A stretch of DNA of 64,000 nt from Gammaproteobacteria bacterium. GTDB lineage: Bacteria > Pseudomonadota > Gammaproteobacteria > UBA1113. The stretch spans positions 4,250-68,249 of the forward strand of contig JAJFKI010000014.1 in the NCBI GenBank assembly GCA_021773295.1, given 5' to 3'. Position numbers and translations under genes: made by a program. Under the pieces are notes generated by a model that ran no database searches, was not told the origin of the DNA, and was given only the letters and a program-made list of their open reading frames with translations. Shown piece after piece: positions 1 to 8,906 of this stretch (within the stretch, counting starts at the first letter, position 1; each line of letters begins with the position of its first letter).

Positions 1-103
1 GGGTCACAGGACCCACGGGTCCAGTGTTTGTGTTCGCCAGACTCACACCCCCATACAACCCTGCTGATAAGCCAACAACGGCAACAGCTACTGTTGTTTT
101 CAT
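1..103 (-). CDS. N-terminal fragment of an exported protein (gene continues past the left edge)
   Basis: ATG at 103-101 has an AGAGGG SD-like motif upstream. It reads MKTTVAVAVVGLSAGLYGGVSLANTNTGPVGPVT (signal-peptide-like), and the frame is open to base 1. It is too short for the ORF track. Confidence 0.3.
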   Translation of the reverse strand, partial: MKTTVAVAVVGLSAGLYGGVSLANTNTGPVGPVT

Positions 104-252
104 AGCTTTACCCTCTTTTTTATTTGTATATCTTTGATTATAGGAGCTGTTAAAGAGTTTAATAATGATAGTTTTATTAAGAGAATGGCATGAAGTATAA
201 CGCGTTGAGTTTGTTTAATTCTTTTTGATAAAAAAACTGTGGTTTTATTAAA

Positions 253-273
253 CCCACCCCGCGAGGGGGAGGG
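253..273 (-). terminator. putative intrinsic terminator after radA
   Basis: Minus-strand hairpin CCCUCCCC(C)-UCGC-GGGGUGGG with one U:U mismatch, starting just after the radA stop and followed by UUUAAUAAAA. Confidence 0.4.
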
Positions 274-275
274 AT

Positions 276-1631
276 CTATACGTGTTCTAGGGCTTGTTGT
301 ACGTGTTCGACGGCGATGACTTGCATGCCTTCGATTGGTTTTTTGGGGGCGTTGCCTTTTGGAACGATGGCTTTGGTGAAGCCGTGTTTTGCGGCTTCGT
401 ACAAGCGATCTTGTCCGCTTTGTACGGGGCGAACTTCTCCTGCTAAGCCTATTTCGCCAAACGCTACCATGTGTTGATCTAACGGTCTGTCGCGCATGCT
501 GGATAATAGCGCCAGCATGATAGCAAGATCGGCAGCGGTTTCAAAGACTTTAACGCCGCCAACCACATTCACGAAGACATCTTGATTATACGTGGTAATT
601 CCGCCATGACGATTTAAAATTGCTAGTAGCATCGCTAAGCGATTATGTTCTAAGCCAACCGTCACTCGCCTGGGATTTGCTAAATAACTTTCATCCATTA
701 AGGCTTGCACTTCCACCAATAAAGGCCGCGTTCCTTCCCAACTTACTAACACGCAACTGCCTGAGACTGGCTTGCTGCTGCGAGATAAGAAAATCGCAGA
801 AGGGTTACTCACGGCTTTCAAGCCTTTATCCGTCATGGCAAAAATACCTAACTCATTCACTGCGCCAAAACGATTTTTTATCGCACGCACCACGCGGTAT
901 CGGTTATCTTTTTGTCCTTCAAAATATAAAACCGTATCTACCATATGTTCTAACACACGTGGCCCGGCAAGGGCGCCCTCTTTGGTGACATGACCAACAA
1001 GAAAAAGAGCGATCCCAGACTGTTTGGCAAACCTGACTAACTGCGCTGCGCTTTCTCGCAACTGTCCCACACTCCCGGGTGCGGATTGCAAGAGCTCCGT
1101 GTAGATTGTTTGAATAGAATCAATCACCATGACTTGCGGTAATGCTTTTTTTGCCTGTGCAATCATGGCTTCAACGTGGGTTTCAGGCAGTAATAGTAAT
1201 TTATCATTGGGAGCACCTAAACGACCCGCGCGCATGGCGACTTGTTGTAAGGATTCCTCACCAGTAACATACAACGCTTTTTGTTGTTGTGACATAAGTG
1301 ACAACGCTTGCAGTAATAGTGTTGATTTACCAATACCAGGATCGCCCCCAATAAGAACCACTGCACCTTGCACCAAGCCACCACCTAACACGCGATCAAG
1401 CTCGGCCAAACCCGTACTACATTTTACATCATGAGCAATACCCACATCGGCTAACAGGGTAATTTGATTTTTTTGTTCACCCGCATAACCTCGGAAGGGA
1501 TTTGTGGTTTTAGGTGTGGCTTGTTCTTCGACTAAGGTATTCCAAGTACCGCATGCACTACATTGCCCATTCCATTTAGAGTGTTGGCCGCCGCATTCCG
1601 TGCAGTTAAAAATAACTTTTACTTTTGACAT
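276..1631 (-). CDS. radA: DNA repair protein RadA/Sms
   Basis: N-terminal C4 zinc finger (CTECGGQHSKWNGQCSACGTW), Walker A GDPGIGKST, KNRFG motif, Lon-protease-like C-terminal domain; 451 aa is typical. Confidence 0.95.
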   Translation of the reverse strand: MSKVKVIFNCTECGGQHSKWNGQCSACGTWNTLVEEQATPKTTNPFRGYAGEQKNQITLLADVGIAHDVKCSTGLAELDRVLGGGLVQGAVVLIGGDPGIGKSTLLLQALSLMSQQQKALYVTGEESLQQVAMRAGRLGAPNDKLLLLPETHVEAMIAQAKKALPQVMVIDSIQTIYTELLQSAPGSVGQLRESAAQLVRFAKQSGIALFLVGHVTKEGALAGPRVLEHMVDTVLYFEGQKDNRYRVVRAIKNRFGAVNELGIFAMTDKGLKAVSNPSAIFLSRSSKPVSGSCVLVSWEGTRPLLVEVQALMDESYLANPRRVTVGLEHNRLAMLLAILNRHGGITTYNQDVFVNVVGGVKVFETAADLAIMLALLSSMRDRPLDQHMVAFGEIGLAGEVRPVQSGQDRLYEAAKHGFTKAIVPKGNAPKKPIEGMQVIAVEHVQQALEHV

Positions 1632-1655
1632 AAGTGTAGTGTCTTCCTATCCTAA

Positions 1656-1677
1656 CCTTCCCCCGCAAAGGGGAAGG
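1656..1677 (-). terminator. GC hairpin between the lipoprotein gene and radA (possible terminator)
   Basis: CCTTCCCC-N6-GGGGAAGG perfect 8-bp stem. The T-run lies on the plus-strand side (TGCTTTAATCCTTTTTT), so orientation and function are ambiguous. Confidence 0.3.
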
Positions 1678-1699
1678 TGCTTTAATCCTTTTTTGTAGC

Positions 1700-2155
1700 T
1701 TAACTAACGACTTTCCAAGCGCCGGATGCATCGCGACAGGCTTTGCCGTAGATTTGTTGCTGTTTGCCACCGACCATAGCAGAGGTGCTGTATTCACGAC
1801 AAGGCTGGCCATTAGAAGCCGTGACTGTTTTAGTCGGCGTTACGGTATATTGAGCATGGCTATCCGGGTTAACCCAGCTTGTAGACTGCCCTGTTGGCGT
1901 ACGCTCTAGGGCCATATCAACTTTCATGCGATCTTGTTGATCCATAGAGCGGCCAATGGAACCACCAATCATTGCACCCACCACAGTGCCACCAATAGTC
2001 GCTGCAGTTCGGCCAGTGCCACCACCGAATTGGCTGCCAATAACACCACCAATAATACCGCCTGTGGCTGTTCCCATGGTTTGATTCGTGGTATCACACG
2101 CAGTTAATAGGATAGCGACCACGCTAACCAAACATAATTTTACTAATTTATTCAT
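1700..2155 (-). CDS. glycine-zipper outer-membrane lipoprotein (17-kDa surface antigen / SlyB-Pcp-like)
   Basis: Lipobox LLTAC after a signal peptide, glycine-zipper stretch GGIIGGVIGSQFGGGTGRTAATIGGTVVGAMIGGSIG, and a C-terminal surface-antigen-like domain. Confidence 0.75.
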   Translation of the reverse strand: MNKLVKLCLVSVVAILLTACDTTNQTMGTATGGIIGGVIGSQFGGGTGRTAATIGGTVVGAMIGGSIGRSMDQQDRMKVDMALERTPTGQSTSWVNPDSHAQYTVTPTKTVTASNGQPCREYSTSAMVGGKQQQIYGKACRDASGAWKVVS

Positions 2156-2334
2156 TAAGTTACCTCTCCCAATCGGATTTATATAGGATTACTGAAGATT
2201 CAGTAAGGCGCCATTATACCGATTAAACTCTATTTGAACCAGAAAAAGACAAAATCTGCCAAAAAAAGACACCGCGGTTTCATTTTTGCTCAAAATACGG
2301 TAGAATGCCCGGCTTACCACATTGAGAATTTAAT

Positions 2335-3042
2335 ATGAATAAGCGTATTACCCTGATATTACTGACAATTTGTTTACTTTTTTCACCAACCTTGCTGCGA
2401 GCGCAAGCAAAGGTGCCGCGGCAGCAATTTATCAAATACATGCTGGCTTATGCCAATGATGCCAACCAGTCGATTGTGCAACAACGCCAACAATTATTAG
2501 CACTGGATAAAAAGCACGAAAAGAAAAAATCTTTATCCGCCGCCGATACCGCATGGCTAAAGAAGTTAGCCAAACAATATAAGTTGCCTAATGCTAATTT
2601 CAACAAAAACCATACTTGGAAAAGGCTAATCAAACGCGTTGACATTATCCCGCCTTCTTTGTTGATTGCACAAGCTGCTAATGAATCTGGTTGGGGCACA
2701 TCACGCTTTGCCAAGCAAGCCAATAACTATTTCGGTCAATGGTGTTACTCTCGTGGCTGCGGCTTAGTGCCGAAACAGCGCGGTTCGCACATGAGGCATG
2801 AGGTGAAAAAATTTAAAGATAAAGAAGCGTCTGTGAGTTCTTATATCCATAATCTAAATACAAACCCGGCTTATACCACGTTGCGTGATATTCGTTTTAA
2901 AAAGCGTCAATCCAATAAAACGCCGGATGGCATGAGCTTAGCCAATGGTTTAAATCGATATTCACAACGTGGCCAAGCTTACGTTGTCTCCATCAAAAGC
3001 CTTATCCGTCATTATCATTTAGCGAAATTTGATATTACATAA
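2335..3042 (+). CDS. Bax-like glucosaminidase-domain protein (peptidoglycan hydrolase family)
   Basis: Signal peptide. The motif LLIAQAANESGWGTSRFAKQANNYFGQW is typical of mannosyl-glycoprotein endo-beta-N-acetylglucosaminidase / FlgJ-Bax domains. Confidence 0.75.
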   Translation: MNKRITLILLTICLLFSPTLLRAQAKVPRQQFIKYMLAYANDANQSIVQQRQQLLALDKKHEKKKSLSAADTAWLKKLAKQYKLPNANFNKNHTWKRLIKRVDIIPPSLLIAQAANESGWGTSRFAKQANNYFGQWCYSRGCGLVPKQRGSHMRHEVKKFKDKEASVSSYIHNLNTNPAYTTLRDIRFKKRQSNKTPDGMSLANGLNRYSQRGQAYVVSIKSLIRHYHLAKFDIT

Positions 3043-3092
3043 CGCTCAAGCTTTATGTACAATAAGGCCAAATACTCTGATGGATAGTCATT

Positions 3093-3803
3093 ATGTTACG
3101 TACGTTTAGTTTAGCGTTAATCACGCTTTGTTTGTTCACAAGTCTCTCTGCCATGGCACAACAAGATGCCAAAATGGTAGCCTTCAATAACATGCAACAT
3201 GGTAAGCAAGATTTTGTCCAAGGCAATTATATAAAAGCCTACCAGGAGTTGCTGCCAGAAGCCCAACACGGTAATGCACAAGCACAATATGCCATCGGTT
3301 ATTTACTCTATTATGGCTTGGGCGTGCCACAAAATCATGAGCAATCACGCTACTGGACTAAAAAAGCAGCAACGCAAGGCTTACCAGATGCGAAACGTGC
3401 GTTAGCAAAGATGAATGAACAAACAACACAAGCACCAACGACTAAGCCTAAAGCAAGTTCAAAGCCCAAACAGAAAAACGTGGTAACCATTAGTTCTTCC
3501 TTACCATCAAACCTTAAGCAACAAGCACAAACCTTTAAAGGGCTATCTAATGATCACTTCGTGCTACAAGTCATGGGAACCCACAATTACCCCACACTAA
3601 AAAAGGTCAGCAAAGAATTAGACTTACCTGAGTCTTTAATTATCCGTACCTATTACCAAGGAAAATATTGGTACATATTCGTCGCCGGCGATTATAAGAC
3701 GTATCAAGCAGCCCTGGCGGCAAAGAAAGCATTAAACAATGACTACCCCAACATCAAGGCATGGCCCCGCAAAGTGTTGGCATTGAAGAAAAAGATTCAG
3801 TGA
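3093..3803 (+). CDS. Sel1-repeat protein with C-terminal SPOR domain
   Basis: Signal peptide; Sel1-like repeats (GNAQAQYAIGYLLYYGLGVPQNHEQSRYWTKKAATQG); K/P/S-rich linker; C-terminal SPOR-like segment (HFVLQVMG...YWYIFVAGDYKTYQAALAAKKAL). Confidence 0.7.
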   Translation: MLRTFSLALITLCLFTSLSAMAQQDAKMVAFNNMQHGKQDFVQGNYIKAYQELLPEAQHGNAQAQYAIGYLLYYGLGVPQNHEQSRYWTKKAATQGLPDAKRALAKMNEQTTQAPTTKPKASSKPKQKNVVTISSSLPSNLKQQAQTFKGLSNDHFVLQVMGTHNYPTLKKVSKELDLPESLIIRTYYQGKYWYIFVAGDYKTYQAALAAKKALNNDYPNIKAWPRKVLALKKKIQ

Positions 3804-5317
3804 TCCTGCAGAAGACTTTTCAAGAGCGCGTTAAATGGTTCTATATTACTAGTAACGCTTGCACTTTCTAAACTGCCCATATAGTCAGCCCTCATCTCAA
3901 CAGGAATAATCATCCAAGGATAATTCGCGGCTGCTAGCATAACATTCATTAAAAATCGGCCCATCCTGCCATTACCATCCATATAAGGATGAATATAAAC
4001 GAAAAAGAAATGTCCTAATACAACACGTACCCAACCATTATCTTCATTATCTAATAAAGAAAAAAATGCAGATATTAACTCAGGCACCAACTCATAATTT
4101 GGAGGAACATGCATTGAATGTCGTATATAAACAGGGTGTCTTCTGTACCCGGCCAAATCAGATGGCTTTAAAATCCCAGCAATAACGCTCGGCCCAAATA
4201 ATTCGCGATACCAATCTCCATGAGCCTTTGCTGCGATGTTTGCTGGATGTTTATGCTCTAATACAACGCTAATACTCTCTGTCACGGCTTGAAATGCTTG
4301 CCAATACCCACGTGCAGCTAATGCATTTTTATTATTTAAATCACTAGCAATATTTTCAGGATCCCACTGACCCAATCTAACACGTTCAATTAACTCTGGA
4401 CTGACACGATACCCCTCTATAGATAGTGAATGATAAGCATCATTACTATAAACTGCGTCTACTTGTTTTAAATAACTCGCCGTATTTTTAATTTTTTTAG
4501 CGGCTGTTGGCAAGTTTGTTAATATTGTTTCTCGCATCTGTTGCCAGGTCATTTGCATACGGGTAACAGCTGGTGATTGCGCTGCCGGCACTATAATTAT
4601 TGGCATTTCCTTCAAAAATGGATCAACTTCTCTCACATCGTAACCAACGGCTTTCATTGTCTTGACAATATCATCCGCCATTTTATTTTTACCCACATAC
4701 CGTAAGCCTCCTGCTACCCGCCCTGCGATTACACTATGTCCACCATCTAATAAAATACCTAATACCTCTGAGGGATCTTTAATCATTGAAAATACTGCAT
4801 AAGCATCTACTGGATATTGCCTATAAAATTTTGCGGAACATGCGACTAATCCTGCTGCGATAGAATAAAGCCTAAGCTCATTTACAATGACTATATTGTC
4901 TGAGCTTGGCAATTTATACCTAACATCAAACAAGGAAGTGTTATGAGGCAATTGTGTCACTTTATTATTGGCATTTTTTGCATGAATTAATAATTGTTGT
5001 GGTACTGTCCAATTACCAGTATGTAGCAACAGTGATTGCTCGGGCGATAAGCACCACTCATCATCAAAACGGGCCATAAGATATTCGGCACAAAAATACC
5101 AATAAGACGCATACCAGGTTGTGCTTTCTCCAGCAGCTATATCTGGTCTTGAGGGGATATACCAACCTTTTATGACATCTTCTAAAAAACCATTGCTGAG
5201 TAAGCGCTCTCGATGCACTCTGCTCAAATCACCCGCTTGAATAGCGATATGACCCCGCTGCTGTAATTCATGGAGCAACGCTAATGATTCTGCCAATTTT
5301 TCTGATGGTGATGCCAT
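3797..5317 (-). CDS. Fic-domain protein (class II, with N-terminal inhibitory motif)
   Basis: Canonical Fic motif HPYMDGNGRMGR (aa 443-454, nt 3956-3991). Upstream SLSIEG matches the [ST]xxxE[GN] inhibitory helix (aa 297-302, nt 4412-4429). Confidence 0.85.
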   Translation of the reverse strand: MASPSEKLAESLALLHELQQRGHIAIQAGDLSRVHRERLLSNGFLEDVIKGWYIPSRPDIAAGESTTWYASYWYFCAEYLMARFDDEWCLSPEQSLLLHTGNWTVPQQLLIHAKNANNKVTQLPHNTSLFDVRYKLPSSDNIVIVNELRLYSIAAGLVACSAKFYRQYPVDAYAVFSMIKDPSEVLGILLDGGHSVIAGRVAGGLRYVGKNKMADDIVKTMKAVGYDVREVDPFLKEMPIIIVPAAQSPAVTRMQMTWQQMRETILTNLPTAAKKIKNTASYLKQVDAVYSNDAYHSLSIEGYRVSPELIERVRLGQWDPENIASDLNNKNALAARGYWQAFQAVTESISVVLEHKHPANIAAKAHGDWYRELFGPSVIAGILKPSDLAGYRRHPVYIRHSMHVPPNYELVPELISAFFSLLDNEDNGWVRVVLGHFFFVYIHPYMDGNGRMGRFLMNVMLAAANYPWMIIPVEMRADYMGSLESASVTSNIEPFNALLKSLLQDH

Positions 5318-5350
5318 ATCCTAGCCTACTTTATCTCTTATGGATTAATT

Positions 5351-5446
5351 ATAGGTTATTTTGCTGTGCTTATCATAGGTTTTTGTGTTGTACCAGTCAT
5401 AGGTTATTGTGTTGTGCGGATCATAGGTTTTTCTGCTATTTTTTAA
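5351..5446. repeat. four tandem degenerate 24-bp repeats upstream of the fic gene
   Basis: ATAGGTT starts at 5351, 5375, 5399 and 5423, an exact 24-bp period. Units: ATAGGTTATTTTGCTGTGCTTATC / ATAGGTTTTTGTGTTGTACCAGTC / ATAGGTTATTGTGTTGTGCGGATC / ATAGGTTTTTCTGCTATTTTTTAA. Confidence 0.8.
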
Positions 5447-5475
5447 ATATTGTTTTTTTTCAATAACTTAAAACA

Positions 5476-6357
5476 TTAATCCAGCATTTTTATAATGGCC
5501 GAAAAGTCTAATTGACCCTCACCTTTGTCCACAAACCGGTGATAGAGCTGGGTCGCTAAGTGCCCTAAGGGTGTGTCAGCTTTGGCGCTATGAGAGGCTT
5601 CTTGGCTTAACATTAAGTCTTTTAGCATCATTTGTGCGGTGAATCCTGGCTGGTAATCATTGTTGGAAGGCGCGGCTGGCACTGGGCCTGGCACGGGACA
5701 ATAGCTGGTAAGTGACCAGCATTGGCCGGAGCTGTTAGAAGCAATATCAAAAAAGACTTCTGGATCCAAACCTAGTTTTTGACCTAAGGTCATGGCTTCA
5801 CACACGCCAATCATGGAAATCCCTAACAGCATATTATTGCAAATTTTGGCAGCTTGACCATTGCCGGCTGGGCCTGCATGAATAATATTTTTCCCCATGC
5901 ATTTTAAGATGGGTTCCGCTTTACCAAAGATGGCTTCGCTGCCCCCTACCATAATCGTAAGGCTAGCAGCTTCGGCCCCTGCCACACCGCCAGATACAGG
6001 TGCATCCAGCATCGCAAGACCTTTGGCTTTGGCCAATTGATGTAAGCCTCTGGCATCGGTGATATCAATAGAAGAACAATCAATAATAACGGTTTCAGGG
6101 GAAATATTCGCAAAAAGACCTGCTTGTCCGTGACACACACTTTTTACTTGCTCACCTGTTTGTAAGGACATGATGACAAAGTCTTTATCTTTGGCAACAT
6201 CTGCAGGCGATGAAGCGAAGTTAGCGCCGTGGCTCACGGCTCTTTGCATGGCTTCTTGTGAAATATCGTATACAGTGACCGCGTGTTTATGTTTGATTAA
6301 ATTCGCTGTCATGGGGTTACCCATATGACCCAGGCCAATGAATCCTATATTTGCCAT
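5476..6357 (-). CDS. mmsB: 3-hydroxyisobutyrate dehydrogenase-family NAD-dependent oxidoreductase
   Basis: N-terminal MANIGFIGLGHMGNPM Rossmann motif and overall family resemblance. The start is chosen at the internal ATG (6357), which has a GGGAGAAG SD; the ORF track extends to 6372. Confidence 0.8.
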   Translation of the reverse strand: MANIGFIGLGHMGNPMTANLIKHKHAVTVYDISQEAMQRAVSHGANFASSPADVAKDKDFVIMSLQTGEQVKSVCHGQAGLFANISPETVIIDCSSIDITDARGLHQLAKAKGLAMLDAPVSGGVAGAEAASLTIMVGGSEAIFGKAEPILKCMGKNIIHAGPAGNGQAAKICNNMLLGISMIGVCEAMTLGQKLGLDPEVFFDIASNSSGQCWSLTSYCPVPGPVPAAPSNNDYQPGFTAQMMLKDLMLSQEASHSAKADTPLGHLATQLYHRFVDKGEGQLDFSAIIKMLD

Positions 6358-6378
6358 GCACTTCTCCCTCAAAAAAGC

Positions 6379-6726
6379 TTATTGTGTCACAATTTGTTGG
6401 CTGATGACTAGTGATCGCCCGGCAGAAGCGGATAAGAATTGACAGTTATCGGCAGTAGCATGCGCCAATGTAAAGCTTTGCTTGCCGGCGATAATGACAC
6501 ATTTATTGGTTTTTCCATCATGGGTTGCAGTGATAAGATAGGGCGCACCAATGGTGAGCTCAATAGTTTTAGAGGCACTACCCTGTGCCAAGATATTTCC
6601 CTGATTATCGGTCATAGTTGCTGTGACATTTTTGCTAGGCGCAAAAAGATAGTCGATGTTTTTGTCTGCCGCCACAGCAATAGTCGTAAACACCATAGCA
6701 ATTAATATAAATAATAATTTATACAT
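6379..6726 (-). CDS. small exported hypothetical protein
   Basis: 115-aa ORF with an N-terminal signal peptide (MYKLLFILIAMVFTTIAVAA), 6 nt upstream of mmsB on the same strand. No recognisable domain. Confidence 0.5.
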   Translation of the reverse strand: MYKLLFILIAMVFTTIAVAADKNIDYLFAPSKNVTATMTDNQGNILAQGSASKTIELTIGAPYLITATHDGKTNKCVIIAGKQSFTLAHATADNCQFLSASAGRSLVISQQIVTQ

Positions 6727-6858
6727 ACGTGCAATCCCGTGAGAAAAATGTCCTAATGCTCAATATAGTACAGTTTTCCTAAGTAAGAAGGGAAAAATAG
6801 GTTGGTTATCCCGAAGCAGATGAATTTTAAGGGAAAATTTTTTTACCTATACCCATCG

Positions 6859-7464
6859 TTAAGCACAGGCTTGTTGACGATAAAAGCCGGCCGCCTCGGT
6901 GAAAAAGTTATTTAACAAATCAAAGGAATGGCTAGTGATGATGGATTCTGGGTGAAATTGCACACCGATGACAGGATAGGTTTCATGGGCAAGTGCCATG
7001 ATTTGTTTATCTTCACAATAGGCAAGCACTTGTAAACAAGCAGGTAGGGTTTTCTCACAAGCAATTAACGAGTGATAGCGGGCGACTTTAACCGGGCTTT
7101 TGATGCCGGTAAATATTCTGCTACCACAATGCCTGACATCAGAATTCATGCCATGCATGGGTTGCCTAGCATGAATGATGTTGCCGCCAAAGGCGGCTGC
7201 AATTGCTTGATGACCTAAGCATACACCTAAGATGGGATAAGTTGCGTAAAAAGTTTTGATGATATCAAGCGAAATGCCAGCCTCATTGGGCGTACAAGGC
7301 CCAGGAGAAATCACAATAGCCTGTGGGTTTAATTGTTTGATTTCCTCAAGCGTAATGGCATCATTTCTAACAACGCGCCGTTTAAATCCCAGCAAGCCAA
7401 TATAGCGCGCTAAGTTATGCACGAAGGAATCATAATTATCAATGACTAAGATTTCTTTGTTCAT
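6859..7464 (-). CDS. pabA: aminodeoxychorismate/anthranilate synthase component II (glutamine amidotransferase)
   Basis: Class I GATase motifs (GVCLGHQ, HPES). 4-nt overlap with the upstream component I gene. Confidence 0.8.
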   Translation of the reverse strand: MNKEILVIDNYDSFVHNLARYIGLLGFKRRVVRNDAITLEEIKQLNPQAIVISPGPCTPNEAGISLDIIKTFYATYPILGVCLGHQAIAAAFGGNIIHARQPMHGMNSDVRHCGSRIFTGIKSPVKVARYHSLIACEKTLPACLQVLAYCEDKQIMALAHETYPVIGVQFHPESIITSHSFDLLNNFFTEAAGFYRQQACA

Positions 7465-8846
7465 TGGAGGATTTCCTCGGTGAGTGCACGGGTTAAAGCA
7501 TTGGCTTTATGTAGGGTTTCCATATACTCTTGTTCCGGCTCAGAATCATACACAATCGCCCCCCCCGCTTGATAACGCGCCCTATTATTTTGGATAGTGA
7601 AAGAGCGAATAATGATTGACGTATCCATGCAACCGTCAAACCCTATATAACCAATAGAGCCGCAATAAGGTCCGCGGTTTGTTGGTTCTAATTCATCAAT
7701 GATTTGCATCGCTCTTATCTTAGGTGCGCCGGTAATAGAACCACCGGGAAATGCGGCTGTTAATAAATCTACTGCATGGGCATCTTGTTTTAGGGTTGCT
7801 CTAATCACAGATACTAAATGATGTACGGTTTGAAAACTTTCCAAGCCACAAAGTTTTGTGACGACAACGCTATTATCATCGCAAACTTTGGAAAGATCGT
7901 TTCGCATTAAATCGACAATCATGGTGTTTTCTGCGCGATCTTTTTTGCTGTTTAATAATTCCTGGGCATTACGTTTATCCTGTTGTGGGCAAGCGTCACG
8001 TGGTCGCGTGCCTTTTATAGGTCTTGTTTCAACATGATTGTTATTAATTTTCAAGAATCTTTCAGGTGATGCTGATGCAATAATGTCGTTACCAAATTTC
8101 AAAAAAGCTGAAAATGGCGCTGGATTTAAATGACGTAATTTACAATAAAGTTGGTAAGGCGTTAGTTTGTTTTCAAGATTTGTAGTAAAACTTTGCGAAA
8201 GATTAGCTTCAAAAATATCACCGTCTATAATATATTGCTGGACTGTTTTAATAAGTTGGCAATATGTTTCTTTCGTGATGCTTGCTGTTATCTGGTCACT
8301 TGCAATGATTTCTTTAAGATAATCAGGGTTAGGTGAAGCAGAGATGGTTGCTAATTTACTTTCTAATGCTAGCTGTTTTTCCTCTGCTTTTAATTTACGC
8401 TTTTTTGGATCTGCTTCTTGCAAACCAGTAGAGACTATCCATGCTTGTTGTTTTTTATGATCAAATGAAATAACACTGTCATAAAACCCTAAGGCAATAT
8501 TAGGGAACGTTGATATTGGTTTTTCACAAGAGATGTTATAGAGATCATGGCATAAATCATAAGAGAAGTAACCAGCCACACCGCCTTGGAACGGTGGTAA
8601 GTCATTTCTAGTATCAAGGACAAAGGTTTTTAATTTTTCTTTTAAGCATGCAAAGGGGTTTTTCGTTTCATCTGTGATGAATAATTCAAAAGGATTCACT
8701 AAGATATAGCTGTAACGATTCGTATCGCCACAGTCTGTGGCGAAATCAGCACTATCTAAAAAAACAGCTCCATCAGACTCAGAAAATGCGGCAAAGTATA
8801 AATTCGGATCCTTGTATACTATTTCTTTTACTAAAGGTTGTATCAC
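7461..8846 (-). CDS. pabB: aminodeoxychorismate synthase component I
   Basis: Chorismate-binding enzyme C-terminal motifs (PGGSITGAPK, GPYCGSIGY, GGAIVYDS). No other trp genes are nearby, which favours PabB over TrpE. Confidence 0.8.
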   Translation of the reverse strand: MIQPLVKEIVYKDPNLYFAAFSESDGAVFLDSADFATDCGDTNRYSYILVNPFELFITDETKNPFACLKEKLKTFVLDTRNDLPPFQGGVAGYFSYDLCHDLYNISCEKPISTFPNIALGFYDSVISFDHKKQQAWIVSTGLQEADPKKRKLKAEEKQLALESKLATISASPNPDYLKEIIASDQITASITKETYCQLIKTVQQYIIDGDIFEANLSQSFTTNLENKLTPYQLYCKLRHLNPAPFSAFLKFGNDIIASASPERFLKINNNHVETRPIKGTRPRDACPQQDKRNAQELLNSKKDRAENTMIVDLMRNDLSKVCDDNSVVVTKLCGLESFQTVHHLVSVIRATLKQDAHAVDLLTAAFPGGSITGAPKIRAMQIIDELEPTNRGPYCGSIGYIGFDGCMDTSIIIRSFTIQNNRARYQAGGAIVYDSEPEQEYMETLHKANALTRALTEEILQ

Positions 8847-8906
8847 GAATAATTCCGGCTCTTAGTGTAGAGAAGGCGCATATTATGGTGATCTGGGAGG
8901 GCTGAG

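Noticed and set aside
620-1698. Several plus-strand ORFs (620-988, 772-993, 1129-1434, 1504-1698)
   Set aside because: All are antisense to radA, whose identity is unambiguous. They are shadow ORFs.
5351-5446. Possible mini-CRISPR array
   Set aside because: The units are contiguous 24-bp degenerate repeats with no unique spacers and no cas genes nearby. This is a tandem repeat, not a CRISPR array.
5284-5466. Plus-strand 60-aa ORF with an 8-aa Cys-rich repeat (HRFLCC-like), which could be read as a repeat peptide
   Set aside because: Its ATG lies inside the fic coding region on the opposite strand. It has no SD, and its periodicity is simply the 24-bp DNA tandem repeat being read in frame. 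I treat it as a byproduct of the repeat array.
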